Translations under genes and position numbers: made by a program
Shown here: piece by piece, positions 49,800 to 63,620 of the stretch
Position numbering within the stretch: position 1 is the stretch's first letter
How the letters are laid out: every line of letters starts with the position of its first letter
The notes under the pieces: model-generated
Told to the model about the DNA's origin: nothing
Database searches by the model: none
The model's input: only the letters and a program-made list of their open reading frames with translations
Assembly: GCA_013239625.1 (NCBI GenBank)
Contig: MU055785.1
Coordinates: forward strand, 2,232,001-2,296,000
DNA: 64,000 nucleotides
Direction of reading: 5' to 3'
DNA from: Lama guanicoe
Lineage: Eukaryota

Positions 49800-50260
49800 T
49801 GGAAGTGCTTACTAAAATTAAGGATGCATATACCCTTGGACTCAGCAATTGTACCATGAGAAATTCACCCTGAAAATTCGCTTGCACACACATGAAGTGA
49901 TATGTGTCACGGATTAGAAATAATCCCAATGTCCATCAGTGGGTAACTGGTATACCCACAAATGGAATACTATACTGCCAAGAAAATAACTAAGAAGTCC
50001 TTTATATACACATGGGAAGATATCTGAGATAATTTAAGTGGAAAAAACAGCATGCAGAAGAATGTAAAATGTACTACTTTTGTGTAAAGGGGAGGGAAAT
50101 GAGAATTTATATGAGTATTTCCTCATCCATGCATAAGGAAATTTTGGAAGAATATATCATGAACTAAGAGCAGAGGTGACTTATGAAGGTAGAGATGGGA
50201 ACTGGGCAAACAAAAGCCAAGGATAGGAGGTAACTCTCAACTTTCTGGGGTATGAAAAAG
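49800..50260 (+). repeat. Old L1 (L1M) 3' fragment
   Basis: catatacccttggactcagcaatt, aatgtccatcagtggg, aatggaatactatac. Confidence 0.7.
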
Positions 50261-50295
50261 ATAATTGATCAAAAAAAAGTAAATAAATAGCTCAC

Positions 50296-50430
50296 AGAGA
50301 AAAAAATGTAACAGTGAATATACACATGTTCATGTATAACTGAAAACTTGTGCTCTACACTTGAATTTGACACAACATTGTAAAATGATTATAAATCAAT
50401 TTAAAAATGTTTAAAAAAATTGAATAAAAA
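50296..50430 (+). repeat. Young camelid-type L1 3' terminus with A-rich tail
   Basis: gttcatgtataactgaaaacttgtgctctacacttgaatttgacacaacattgtaaaatgattataa. Confidence 0.75.
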
Positions 50431-50989
50431 TGAAAGAAAGAGAGGGAAAGAAAGGGAAGGAGAAGGGGAGAGAGAACATGAAACTGAATTCTCTCTAGCT
50501 GGCTAACCTTGGACAAGTTGCTTTTTTTTTTTTTGCAAGGTCTGCAAGAAAATAGAATTGTAAGAAAATGTGAGCTTCCTGAAAGATTTTCGGGACGAAG
50601 TAAGAGTGGAAAGAGAGAAGGGGAGATGTGGAGACTAAGAGAAGAAAAGCAAGAATCTTCTGTATGGGTTTCCATGAAATCAGAATCAGCCACAGAAAGC
50701 TAAACTTGGTTTTCTGTTTCATTGGAAAAAACACTTTGGAATGATGTACCAAATCACACGAGCAGTTGCCATTTTACGAGCATGGACTGGACTTTCCAAC
50801 TCTGCCTCCCTTTTGATATGTGATTTTGGGGAAACGTTTTATACCTCTAGTTAGCAAAACTCCCCCCATTCACAAGCTGGGAAAACAATATTCCAAAAAC
50901 AATGTTTTATCCTAAGCAAGGATTTTTTTTTTTTGCAATGCTCTGATGATAATTCTAGTCACACTACAACGTAAGCCATCAGATGGCCT

Positions 50990-51480
50990 GTTCCTTTGAA
51001 ATACATAGACTCTTTAGAAGTACAGAAAAGCATAAAGGCAGAAAGCCAAAATTAAATGCAATCCACTCTTTAATGCAGAGAACTTTTAACACCGTGGTGT
51101 ACAGAACTCCATAGTCTTCCTATGTGATCATACTTTTAAAAAAACAATTAAAACCTGTCTGTGACTTCACAATATATCATTAAAATGTGTTGATCATTAA
51201 TTATTTTTCTATGACACATTTTTAAGTAACTGCTTTCTCTTCATCTTATAAAGTAGACGATCCCTTACGTTAGACATTATTCTCGCTCACACCATTGTAA
51301 ATAATGCTACCGCGAACATCTTTCACATGCAAACTGTGCATACATCCTTGACAATTTCCTTAGGATAAATTCATGGCTGTCAAATTTCTTCATCAAATAG
51401 GACAATTGTATGGCTCTTGTTGTAACAGGGCAAATCCCAAATTTCAGAAAGGTTATACCAATGTAATTGCTTCCCTGTGG
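50990..51480 (-). repeat. Old L1 (L1ME-like) fragment
   Basis: attgtaaataatgctaccgcgaacatctt..atttccttaggataaattc..ttcagaaaggttataccaat. Confidence 0.65.
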
Positions 51481-51947
51481 CCTTTCAAAGGAATCATTAG
51501 GGACTCTTGGTCTGCTTTGGTTCACCGAATGAGCAGAGATTTCGTTTTCCCTAATTGGAAAAGATTTGGTTAGGAGCATAGCCTAACAATGGTCACTAAT
51601 AAGCCCTTTGATCTGCCCCAGGGAACGTCAAAACAAGTTTGCCCTCTTCCCTCTGAAGGCAATTGGAATTCAATTGTCCAATGAGCTACCCTCTCTGTCC
51701 AGCCATCGCTGTCCCTTCCTGGACATTAAGGACTGTCCTAGGATGCCTTTGGAGCCAGGGAACTTGGCCTCCTAAGTCTGGTAGTGGTAAATAGACTGTC
51801 TCCGACCCCACATCGTGCAGATGCCAGTGGTCAAATGCGCCTAAAATGATAGTCCATTCAGATTACGCCTCATTGAATGAGAAATTTCATACTCATTAGC
51901 CATATCAACATTTAAAAAAAAAAACAGTACCTGCCTTCAGCTGGGCT

Positions 51948-52247
51948 CTGTCCTCGTCCCCTTGGGCTGCTACAACAAAACACGAAAGATAGGGTGGCTT
52001 GTAAACAACAGATTTTATTTTTTATAGTTCTGGGGGCTGGAAGTCCAAGATCAGGGTGCCAGCATGGCTCCTTGGAGTCACAGACCTTTCCTTGTGTCCT
52101 CACGTGATGGACGGGACTGCGGTCTCTTTTATAAGAGCACAAATCCCATTCACCTCCCAAAGGCCCCACCTTCTAACTCTGTCACACAGGGCGTTAGGAT
52201 CTCAACATATGAATTTGGACGGGACACAAAAACGTTCCGTCTATAGC
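51948..52247 (-). mobile_element. MLT1A-like LTR
   Basis: gggctgctacaacaaaacac..gttctgggggctggaagtccaagatcagggtgccagcatgg..aacatatgaatttgg. Confidence 0.85.
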
Positions 52248-52249
52248 GG

Positions 52250-52670
52250 GCTACCTAAAGGTGGAGACTGAGATGGCGATTTTTGTTCGAGTGAGTTACT
52301 TAGAAGAGCTCTAGAGAAACTCCGGTAAGGAGGTGAGGGAAGCAGGGCCAGGTGGGTCCAGAAGCCACAGGATGTGGTGGTTCAGCTGAAGTCTAGTCTA
52401 GCCTGATCCTGCGGGGAGCTCAGCAACGTGGGGGCATCACAGAACGGTTTCCCTGCCCCCTCGAGGCCAGCGCACTGGCATTTTGTCCCCCGTTTGAGTC
52501 GGTCATTCAAAGCTGCCTGCCCTGCATGTGGGGGGTACATGTTAACAGGAGGGCAATTCTCCAGGGAAGAGCGTGGTGACACACGGTTAGCCCGCACTCC
52601 CAGCATCTCCGAGACAGGTGCCCCAGCCCAGTAAAAGGATCTATACTGGGTACCAACAGCATCTACAGCA
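52250..52670 (-). mobile_element. LTR16-like ERVL LTR
   Basis: gtgagggaagcagg, gtctagcctgatcctgcggggagctc, accaacagcatctac. Confidence 0.6.
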
Positions 52671-53029
52671 CATATGAATCAATGATCCTCATGAAACATG
52701 GCAACAACTCAGATAAGACTCCAGTCCCAAACAACCTTAACAAGCCCTATTTGCTCCAATTCGCCACAGGATTAACCACTGTTCACACTTACATGTCCTT
52801 TCAGGTTTTTTTTTTTTTTGGATTTATATCCGTCCATGTATATCTAAAGCAAACAATAAGCAATATTGTTTGTATTCAGAAGTTGCATCATACTGATTGT
52901 CATAGGCTGCACTGTGTCCTGCCCCCCAAATTCCTATGCTGAAGTCTATCTTCTGATACCTATGAATGTCTCTCTGTAGAGACGGGGTCTTTACAGAGAC
53001 AATCAAGTTAAAATGATGGGTCAGTCGAG

Positions 53030-53608
53030 GAATCCTAGTCTCTCTTTGGCTACTTATATTATTTCTACACATTAGCCAGCCCCTTATGCTGAAAATAATG
53101 ACGTGGAAGGAAGGGGAAGCTAGCGTGACCCAGAGTTTCTTTTGCTTTCTGCCCTTCGTTACTCATCAGGGAAGGTGAAGGAAGAGAGTGTCAGTAGAAA
53201 GTACACTCATCGAAAAGTGAAATAAAAACAGCTGAGTTAGTTTCAGGCAATATTTCTACTCTTCTGAGAAGAATAAAGTACATACACAGCTGCAAAATAC
53301 AAAGGTCCAAGTTCAAGGAGTCCACATGTGACATAAAAGCCCTTACGTTCGCCTTTAACATTGGCATCGCACAGCATAAAGAATGGTCAAATTCCTGCTC
53401 CTGGTTTAAATTTTTATTTATTTTTTAGCTTTGAACAATATTAAATAGCAAATAAAAACCACGAGGACAGGTTAGGAAAGAAGCCACCAAAGAAAGGACA
53501 AAGCTTTAAAAAAAAATTTGTTTTAGTACTTTTAATGGCAATTTCCTCCTGCTTTATAGACAAGGACCCTGCGTCTTCATTTTTCAACAAATTGTGTGGC
53601 TGGCCCTG
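53030..53608. mobile_element. hAT-Tip100 (Zaphod/MER45-like) DNA transposon fragment
   Basis: AT-rich body ending caaattgtgtggctggccctg, a Tip100-type terminus. Confidence 0.55.
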
Positions 53609-54739
53609 AGCCTGGGGATTTCCCTGAGTTTCAAATACAGCTTGTATATTTTGTTAAAATGCTGCTGTTATTGTTTCATACTAAGAATTCCATGTTCTTC
53701 AGTGCCCCTTCAGTGTTTGACTTGTTCTTCTGCTCTGTTTCTGTCTCCCAGCCCCCCCAAAGCCCATCTCCTTTTTGCCTGCCCAGGCCATCAGACCCCA
53801 GATGGGAACTGAGCAATAGCTCAGAGGAAATCCCAGAGGGGGTCCTGGCTGAGGGCTCTGTATTTCACTCGCAGGAACATGGCCATCCCTTCCCCGGGCT
53901 TCCGTGACCCCTCCTCACTGCCTGCCTCCCTCCTCAGACAGCTCCTCCACTGTGCCAGTCCTAGTCCTGCACCCACAAATCCAAGGGGTAATCGTGGGCA
54001 GATGTAGGCGAGAGATGAGGGTAGGGGATCCCAGGACAGTGGCTGTGATGAGAGTGGGCTTGAAGCCCGTTAGGAACTGTGTGCCCCAAGTAGGGAGGCA
54101 TGGAAGGCCCTGGAAGGAGCGAAGGGGGAAGAACTAGGCAAAGTCAATCACGAGACAGTTAGGGGCGGAGCTGGGTTTTTGTCCGGCCTCTGTTCCGCAG
54201 CCAAGGGCCCCTTCACCCAGAGCCCAGATGGTCTCCAGACCTGCAAGGGCAGTTCCTAAGACCCAGGTGGTGCTGTAAGTCTGGGGACTGAACCCCTGCA
54301 CCTGGAAAACTCACACACAGCCCCAAATGAATAGATTTAATGCAGGAAGCAATGGGATGGGCTATTGCCCGCTTTCCTCTCTCCTTGTCTCCCCTTTTGG
54401 TTTCATGCAATCCGTCTCCACCCACCCTTAAAACCAGATCGTGTCTCTAGAGTCCAGATTCTGGAAAGTTCTATGACTCAGCCAGGTCCTTGTCCCTTGG
54501 ACATGGAGACTAGTGCACTGGGAAGGCTGCCAAGAACCAAAGGACCCACCCTGAGAGGATTCCCCTGGCCACCCACACCCAAGTTCTCAGATTTCACTCC
54601 TATGGCCTTAATTAAAACTATATACCATACCTGTCAGAGGCCCTCTTTCAGTGCTCAACAGCTCCCAGGCCTCCCAGGCCCCTACCTCGGTTGGCCGTCT
54701 AGTACTTTCTAGGCTGATCTGGGTCTTGGGTCAGGGGGT

Positions 54740-55010
54740 GCTATGGATTTGGTCAAAGAATGAATATGAGTTTTGAAATCAGACCAACCTGAGTCCAGAT
54801 CCCAGATCTACCCTCTAGCTAATTAAATGTTTGGGGTCAGATGATTTCATCTCTCTGGGCCTCAGTTTTCTCACCTGTAAAATGGGACGACAAGACCCAC
54901 CTCAAAGGATCGTCAGGAAGACTAGGGAAGCTGTGTTCCAGCATGCGGGAGCCTTATGACCCATGCCTGGAGTGGGGTAGGCATTTAACAAGCATGGGTT
55001 GAAGGAAGGA
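54740..55010 (+). repeat. MIR SINE
   Basis: ctctctgggcctcagttttctcacctgtaaaatggg. Confidence 0.8.
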
Positions 55011-55389
55011 AAGAGTGAACGAATAAGTACTGTATGAAAACCATTTCCTCCACCTTCCATCTCTTTTACCACCCTCCTAACCCAAGCCAGAGAGACGGCA
55101 TAGCACAGGGCTTCAGAGCGCAGGACCTGGGGCCAGCTTTGTCTCAGCTCTGCCTCTTCCAAGGTGACCTTGAGACTCCATTTTCCCCTCTTGAAATGGG
55201 TGGTAACAAGAGCACCGACCTCTTAGTTTGTTTATGAGAATGACATGTGTTACCCTGGGTAACGCTCTTTAGAACAGTGCCAAGAAAAAGTGTTTTTTAA
55301 TACCTACTGGCTGGGCTGCCTTTACCATGTCCCCGTCTGGGATCTGGGGCACCTGAGTTGCCATCCCTGCTTCCCCTTTTACCACTCAC

Positions 55390-55920
55390 CCCCCTCCATT
55401 GTTTATGACAGCCAAAGTATTCATCTCAAAGTATGGCTTTGAACAGGTTCCCTCCCTTCCTAAAACCCTCAATGGCTCCCTGTGGCTCTGGACTTAACAT
55501 AGCCTCCAAGGTTTGGCCACTGCAGACCTCTCCAGCCACGAGCACACCTGCAGCCATGCTCATCCTGGCTTCACGGCCCCTGTCCTCCTCCCTCCACAAC
55601 TGGCTTCTGTCCAGCTCCTCTAATGTGCTGTGCTCTCTACTGCCACAGGGACTTTGCACTTGCTGTCCCTCTGCGTCCTCCTCTTGGCTTTTATTCCAGC
55701 TCTAATGTTGCTCCCCCAGGGCAACCTCCTCTGGCAACACAGACTAATTTAGGTTCCCCTGTTACTTACACACGTGGCACCACACGCCCGTTCTTTGCAG
55801 CACTGGCAATTTGTGTGGTTTTACATTTAATGGAGAGAGTGATGTCAGTCACCCGCTCTGAAATAATGAGCTTCATGAGAACAGGGACCATACCTGATTC
55901 GATGTAGGTGCTCAACTTGA
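55390..55920 (+). repeat. L2 LINE 3' fragment
   Basis: ctaaaaccctcaatggctccc, ctgccacagggactttgcacttgctgtccctctg. Confidence 0.75.
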
Positions 55921-56079
55921 ATCCCCTGACCATTCTAGTCCAGCAGGGCCTCCTTCCTACTGCCAGGGCCCGAGTATTTTCTTATCCTAGGGCTGTGAGG
56001 GTGTAAGTTTAGGTATCTTAGGGTTTACTCTGGTGCTAAAGTCTATGTCTGCCCACGTGGAAGGCCAGCGTATTGGGTA

Positions 56080-56410
56080 ATTAACCAGGAGCAGCCTCAA
56101 CCCATGAGGGTGGGAGTTGGCACGTGCAACCCCAGCTCGCCCACCCCTTGGGTTGGATAACTCTGGGGTACATGCCCTGTGCTGGTTCCTGGGATGTCCC
56201 CAGTGGGATTAAGCTCCCACGGTGGTAACTCGCCTGATAGTACACTCTTGATCGTCCGCATTCCCTTCCCGGTCTCACATCCGCATTTCCCGATGCATGC
56301 TTCTGTCACTTTCCATATAAACCCCCTGCGCTCGGACACTTCTCTCAAACCCCAGCACTTGTACCTGACTTGTGCTCAAACCCTCGGGTTTCTGGGCAAA
56401 CTCAGACTAA
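56080..56410 (+). mobile_element. LTR16-like ERVL LTR
   Basis: gagcagcctcaacccatgagggtgggagttgg, ccccagtgggattaagctcccacggtggtaact. Confidence 0.7.
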
Positions 56411-56671
56411 AACATTATCATTTCCCTGGCACCTAACAAGGTGCCAATGCATAGGAAGCGCAGTGTAAAAATATTTCTTCGGTGAATACACGAATGCATG
56501 CATGTAAAGAAAACTTCCCATGGTGACAACTTCTCAGTCTCTGGTTGGGCGTTAAGACGTCCCCCAGGGCAGTCTACCACTCCTGTCTGGGCCTCAGTTT
56601 CTCCACCTATAAAATCACCAGTGTTGCAGCTAGGGGTTTGGGGAGAGTTGACCTGGGACAGCTTTCACCAA

Positions 56672-56884
56672 GCAGCTCTCACTAGGGGGCAGGTTTTTCC
56701 CCCCCAGTATATATCTGTCAATTGTTAGAGACATTCGTGGTTGTTACAGTGGAGGAGGGGGATGCTCTATTGGCATCAGGTGGGTGGAGACCACGGATGA
56801 TGCTAAAGACCCTACAACATGGTCCCCCCACCGCAGGGAATGGTCCAGCCCCAAATGTCAACAGTCCGGAGGCTGAGAACCACC
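56672..56884. mobile_element. MER20 hAT-Charlie element
   Basis: attggcatcaggtgggtggagaccacggatgatgctaaa..ccagccccaaatgtcaacagt..ggctgagaacc. Confidence 0.85.
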
Positions 56885-57956
56885 ACGTTAACTTCTTTTC
56901 AGCTCTGAGAGTCTGTAATTCTAAAACAGGACCAAAGCCAGACCCTTTGGGGTAAGTTTTCCTGATCTCTCTATTAGGAGCACAATTACTATAGCCCGCC
57001 TGATCATAAGCGTACATTTTTTCACTTCTTTTTATTTCTGAAATCGGGATGTACTTTACAATCAATGGTGCATGATAGTTTAAACAGCAGGGGTTTTACT
57101 TCTTTCCATCTTAGGCTAACAAAGTGATGGCATTGGATGTTGGAATTGACAACGTGTGGTACTCTTTCCCCGCTTCCTGGATCTGTAGTTCACTGGAGAC
57201 CTGAGCGTCCTGGGCTGCTCCAGGACTGTTTGAGGCCGTGCCTAAGACTTGTAAATAAGAATCCAGCCCGTACCAGCCCATGTTCCCACGGCAAAGTGCT
57301 CTCTCAATACGTTCAATTAACAGCATTTTTTTTATTGTTGTTGTTGTTTTTGTTTTTTTCCAAAACTTGCTCTGACCTGAATCTTTATTCTGTCTCTCCG
57401 TGCTCACGGGCAAAGCTATTCTTCATTCACAGCATCAACTATCTCACTCTCGAGACGTTATCCTCTAAATGCCTCCAAACCTATAACCCACAGAGAAGAC
57501 ACAGTCTGTCACCGCTTTAATACGACTGAGGCACTTGAGGGCCTCCCTACAAAGCCCAAGACTCCTAATGGTCTGTGTAGCATGAGACACTGCTCTCCTA
57601 AGCTGGACTTGTCTAAAGCTCGCCAACAGGGGTGACCCCGTGAAACACCCGCTTGGTGACTCAACCTAGGGTAGACCAGATGTTCATGCCCATTCTCCCC
57701 ACCAATCAGTATAACTTTATTTTTCTTAAACTTAATGGTCACCTGGGAGATCATTAAATTCATCCTCCTGGTTCCTGGAAAGGGGCCTTTTCATTACTTA
57801 TCCTTTACGATTCAGCACTTGTCCCAACACCTCCATGAAGCCCCCAAGTGGAGTTCACGGCTCCTCTCTGTGTCCCCGTAGCCCCCTGGATTTACCTGGA
57901 CCACAGCACTCATCATAATAAATTGTGAAGTTTTGACTCACCTCTCTCCCATTAGG

Positions 57957-58163
57957 CCGGTGTTCTCAAACTTGAGCCTGCATCACTCCCCTGGAGGGCT
58001 TGTTAAAGCAGAATGCTGGGTCCTTCCCCCACATACTTCTGATTCAACAGCTTAGTGGCCGGGCGGTGGGGGGAGGGGGGAACGAGCAAGAATTTGCTTT
58101 TCTAACCTGATCCCAGGAGCTGTTGGTGCTGCTTGCTCAGAGATCACACTTTGAGAACCACTG
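57957..58163. mobile_element. MER5A hAT-Charlie element
   Basis: gttctcaaacttgagcctgcatca..cctggagggcttgttaaa..cacactttgagaaccactg. Confidence 0.9.
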
Positions 58164-59084
58164 ACCTCATCCATGGGTTCCTTAAGGTCAGAGCTATTGC
58201 TTCCTTAAAATTCTAGACTCCTAGTCCATAGTAGGCAGTTGGCATATTTGCTAAATAAATTCAACCAGGTATTCATTAAATGCCCCTATGCTATAAATGG
58301 CATTAGACTTTATTTAAAAGAGGCATAAGAGATGTGGCTACAGGTGCTCTGTCTTTCAGGAGGTACTAACCCAATCAAGTACCAAATACAAGGATGTCTT
58401 CCATCGTTTTTTTTTTTTTTTTGCTTCTCAGAGTCCATACTTGGCACTTTATACACATTGTCTCTTTTAATCCATCCCCACCAAACCCAGTGACAGATGT
58501 TTTATTAGCCCTGTTTTTTAGAGGAGTTGGCAAAGACTTGGAAAGTCTTTAATTTTCAACGTGAATTTTCTTACCCCTGGGGTCCTTGGGTCTGACAGCA
58601 GGCATTTAATTAGAACCATGTGTTAAATAGAATAAATTTTCCTAGAGGTTCAACCTTACCAAAGGATTTGGGAAAGGGGGGAAGTCGTCTTGACACATGC
58701 ATAGAAGTAAATTGGCAGGGTTCTGTTTTTCCATATTGACCGTATCAAGATAATTTTTTTTATCATAATAGGGAAATTGGCCATTATGTTCTCAGAACTT
58801 CCTGGTAGTAAAATTCACTCTCCTCCAATTCGGGCGGTACTTGGATGAAGTCACTTGCCTCAAATGGGGTTCAAAGGTGTGCTAGTCTGAATTCCAAGCC
58901 TGTGCTTTTAGCCACTTCTTTTTTAAGTGAAAAGGAACAAGATGGGTAGAGAGCAGATGGATCAGCTGACTGAGACAATTTTTTTTCCTTTTTTTTTTTT
59001 TTACAAAGGTCCCGGGAGTCTGATGTATAGAAAAGGATGTTGGAGCACTTTTAAACACCCATGGAAATGCATCTGTAGCAAGCA

Positions 59085-59540
59085 TTGTTTACTCAGTACC
59101 CATTGTCCCATCATCCTTGTTAATGGTATGGCAGTTTTGTTTGGGACACCTCATTCCAGGCAAATCATTGTTAGCCCATTCTGGTGTGCCAGATATAATC
59201 TTTCATGGTCTCCCTTGCAACTGGGAATTACTACGTGATCCCTTTCTGGGAAGGATAAGAAGACAGAGCTATTCAAGGAACATTTTGCTCCTGCCCTGTC
59301 CTTTCTCTTTTGGGATATTTGTGTGATAGCTGGAGCTGTGGCAGCCACTTTGAGACAGTGAGAGGAAAAGCAGGATGAATGAAAGCCAACAGGATAAGAA
59401 CAGCTGAGATTAGGACTTCAATGCTATTATTAAACTGCCATAACAGTCTTAGACTGCCTGCCTCAGGTCTTATTTTAGCTAACAATAAATATCCTTTTGA
59501 TTGAAGCCACCGGTTGTCACCATAAGTATTCCTACCTGAT
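59085..59540 (+). mobile_element. MLT1 (J/K-like) LTR
   Basis: gatagctggagctgtggcagccactttg, aataaatatccttttgattgaagccac. Confidence 0.6.
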
Positions 59541-60439
59541 AGATAATCCCAGGGTCCATCCTTCCAACACATGCAGAGCTCTGTTCTACATAGAGAAGGC
59601 TTTGGAAGGGGCTAAACTGATCCAACCCACCTATTCATTTTCCTTCATAGCCCAAACTTTGACTGTCTATGAGAAATCCAAATTTCAAACAATTTCCCTA
59701 TGTCTCTTCACTCAGTAGGTATGTGAGTACCTTCTACATGCCAGACACTCCTCAGGGAAGTGGGAACAAAAGAGACAAAGTGTCTGTTTTGGGGAGGTAA
59801 CATTCTAGAGGTAGGAGACAGAAAGCAAAACAGAACACAGAACTATGTCAGGCGGTGACTGATGCTCCGAAGAAGAGAGGAGGGAGAAGCAGGCTTATTA
59901 TGAGAGAGAGAGACAGTATCTGAAGGGAGGGCATCCAGCAGAGAAACTACCAGTGCAACGGCCTCGCTCGGGTTCTAGGTACAGCAAGGAAGCAGCTGCG
60001 GCCGTGAGCGATAGGGAGAGTGACGGGGGATGAGCTCCCAGATGCAGCGAGGACTTGCAAGCCAGGGTCCAGCTTCCACTGCACACTGGGAAACTGCATT
60101 TCCACAGTCACCCCTATTCCTGGTTCCTCCTGGGGAACCCCTGCTTTCATTTTCCACTCTTCCCTGCCCCACGTCTGCTTCCCTTGCTCCACTCCTGGCC
60201 AACCCTAGCACAGTCCCTGACACATAATTGGCACTCAAAAACTTTTTAAAAATTCCCAAATGTGCGAATGAACACCCTTGATTTACAGAAGACCAACCAA
60301 GGAATAAAAAGCCCCTCTCTAGCCTGTAACTCAATCTCTCACTCCCTCAATTCCCTTACCTGTAAAGTGTAATAGTCTCTCCCGGTGTTTTCGTAAGAAT
60401 ATAAGCAAATAAAGCAATAGATACCGTTCTAAATGCTCA

Positions 60440-60600
60440 CAACCCTAGGAAGAGGGTCGTTGCATCATCCCCATTTTACAGACGATGAAACTGAGGCACA
60501 GAGTGCTTTCGGCATTTGTCTGAGGTCTCACTGCTGCTAAATGGTAGAGTCAGAACTTGGACTGCCGATCCCTGGGGTGCTCTTAACAACTATGGCTACA
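60440..60600 (-). repeat. MIR SINE
   Basis: catccccattttacagacgatgaaactgaggcacagag. Confidence 0.85.
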
Positions 60601-63519
60601 GAGAGGATGCCTGTGGATGAAGGGAAAGGTTTGATGGAAGCAGTGACTGTGTTTATGGTGGTTGTTTGTTACTATTATTACTACTGTTATTCTTAGTGTC
60701 ATGCCCAGTTGCCTCAGGTAACCAGCATCTCCCTAACAGGATGGGTAAAATAGATAACCAAAATTGGAGCATGGAACAAAGAAAGCAGAGGGAATTCTGC
60801 CTAGTTTGTGAGAGATCTGTGTGTACCTCCCGAGGGCCCAGTGTGGCTTGAGCGAGGGGGACTGGGGGGGTTGAGAGATGCGGAGGAGACAAGTACCCTC
60901 ACCTCCACCCCCACCCTCACGAGCCAGGCAAACCACACACCCCCAGCTGAGGAATCGCATAACCCTGGCAGCTGTCCAGGGCAGAAGAGGCCCGCACCTG
61001 TTTGCAATGTAATTTAGCTATTATCAGCATCCAGCTGAAATTCAAAGACTGAAGAATGGGGGGCAACGGAGGGGGCTGCCGTGAGGGGAAGGGTTTAGGA
61101 AGTTGGAGAGGTAAGACGATCAAATGTCCTAAATTGCCTGCACTTTCATGCCTTATATAAAAATTTCCTGTAATGCATGTTACCATAAATAAGGGTTTGC
61201 TGAACAAGCCCCGGGCAAGATAGTTTGCTAGCTGAATTCTCCCAGAGGGAACGTTTGGAGCCAGTCTGGTTATGTCCCACCTCTCAAATTATCTCACTGT
61301 AAAAAGTCTGGCTCCCCAGGCCTGCGTTTACTGCGCTGAGCACAGCTACATCGTGTTCTTCGCAGAGCAGCATTTAGGACTCACCGTTTAGCCTAGGACC
61401 ATTTCCGTGCCAAACCCCGTCTCTGCTTACAGAGCTGTTGGGGAGCAGGGAGACGGTCTCTCGACCCCCAGTTTTCTCTCTCTCCAGCTCCCCACATCCA
61501 AATCCAAATCAACCTGTCAGAGCTGGCAGAGACCGACGGCCTAATCCCCAGTCCTGGCCCTAAGGAACTCAGCCAGATATTGGGGTCACTGGGGCACACT
61601 TTGACAGTTCTTAAGGGAAAGTTTGCAGGATGCACCTGGACAATTGGGCCCAGTTTCTCTTGAGGGAAAGATGGAAGAGGCAATTTCTTCGTTGATAAGA
61701 TTCAGATTCGACTGGTGTTTTATCACATGCCTGCTGAATACCCATGCCCTAAGTCAAAATAGGCATGATGGTGGTGGTAAAGATGTAAGGGGGAGAGAGA
61801 GAGAAGGAAGAGCCAACACAACCATTTGCTATGTGCTCTTGACATGAATCATCTGTTTTTCTCTCAATGAGCCTAAGAGCAGACACTATTGTCCCCATTT
61901 TACAGATAGGAATAACAACAGTGAGTAGATTGCCCAAGATCACACATACATGGCTTTGAGTTAACATCCATGCCAACTTTTGACAGGTCAATATTATAAT
62001 CAGTGTATAATCACACAGGAAATTTTGTTTAAAGTTTGTATTACTTGCCACCCTTATCGCTGTGAGTCAGGTAAGGAATCTCTGCTCTCTCCAGCAGCGT
62101 CCTTGGTCATAAAACCTGAAGTCAACCCTGCATGCTTTCAGCAGAGACAAGGAGTTTATTAAATGAGCTGTAAAATCCTTGGAATGGCTAGAAAATCAGG
62201 CTGGTGACTCAGCGAGCAGTGGGGAGGCCCAAAGTCAAGCCGCAGAACTGGCCCGCTGGGGACCACTCAACCTTGGGCTACAGTTCTTGGCTGCCATCTT
62301 TGTCTTGGGCAGTCACCCTTGTAGAAACTGGGAGAGAGGGAGGGAAGGGGAGGGGACACAAGAACTCCACTGTCCCTCCAACTTCCATCTCTAGCTCCCA
62401 TTCGAAGTTTAGCTTGAGTGCACCTGGTGGGAGATAACCTGGATCATCTGCCAGCATCCTGTTTGCAAAAGAAGCAGGGAAAGCAAGAGCTTGATGTTCC
62501 GTTTCTGCCTCCCATAAGAGTCATCAAGTGGGGAGCCCCCTAGACACTGGAAGGAGGTTCGGAGGCTGAGCGGCCAAAGCAAATGACCAGTGTCTGCATG
62601 ACATAGAGGCAGAAACTGGACGCTGCAACCCAGAGGTGGCTCTGATCATCTCTATCCTAGTGTGAAATGTTTTTCTGCCCAAGCTCTGAGAGGTTCTTTT
62701 CCACAGTCAGCATTCCTCTCAGCTGCAAAGAGGTAAAATCCAGGCTTAGGGGATAGGGGGACATGGATGCATTGGAGACAGCTAGATAGACAACCAGAAT
62801 TTCTTCTGCAGCCCGAGTTATGAGCAGGGAAGCCCAGAGCATCAGTAGAAGGAGGGCTTACCACAACGCATGGTCAGGAGTCCCTAGGGCAGGTTTACTG
62901 CGTGTCTCCATCCACCCCCTCATTTATTCCTCAATGCTACCACGCATCAGGCTCAGCTGAGAGGCGGAAAGCACGCTGACTCTGCCCTGGTGATGTGGCT
63001 GACCCAGCGGTGTCAACCTGCTGCTCTTTGTCACATCCCTTTTCTGGCATCACAGAGAAAAGGCTAGGTGTCTGCACTTTGCCATCAAAGTGCCTGATTC
63101 AAAACCCCAACTCTGCTCTTTTCCAGGAGGGGGACCACGGCCAAGTTTCCTCCCCTCTCTTAGTCTCTGTTTCCTCCCATGTCAATACTGCCCACCTCCT
63201 AGGGTTCATGTGAGGATTCATTGAGATAAAATAAAGCTGAAGGTCTGGCGTGGCTTTTTGGTCAATAAATACTAGTTATCGTTACCATCACCCACTGGGA
63301 GAGAGGGTTAGGTGGGTGTCAGCTGTTCCTGGCTTCCTGATTCTCACCTGACAGTTCAGATTTCCCGCCCCCTGCCTGGGACATGCCACGTTACTGTCAC
63401 GTAGGGGCATTTACTCTGAGAAATACGTCATAAAGCAACAGCCCGTAAAAACAGCAGTAACAGCAGATGTAAATATTGAGCACCTGCTGTATAAATAGCA
63501 GACCCTGGACTAAGCTTTG

Positions 63520-63620
63520 CTTAAAGTCTTGCTACTCAAAATACGGTCCTCAGACCAACAGCATCGGCATCCCCTCGGGGCTGCTTAGAAACGCAGACTC
63601 TCCCATCCCACCCCAGACTT
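63520..63620. mobile_element. MER5A-like fragment
   Basis: gctactcaaaatacggtcctcagaccaacagcatcggcatcccc..agaaacgcagactctc. Confidence 0.7.

Noticed and set aside
644-62212. Scattered AP-1 TGA(C/G)TCA sites
   Set aside because: The count is about what is expected by chance in 64 kb; there is no striking cluster.
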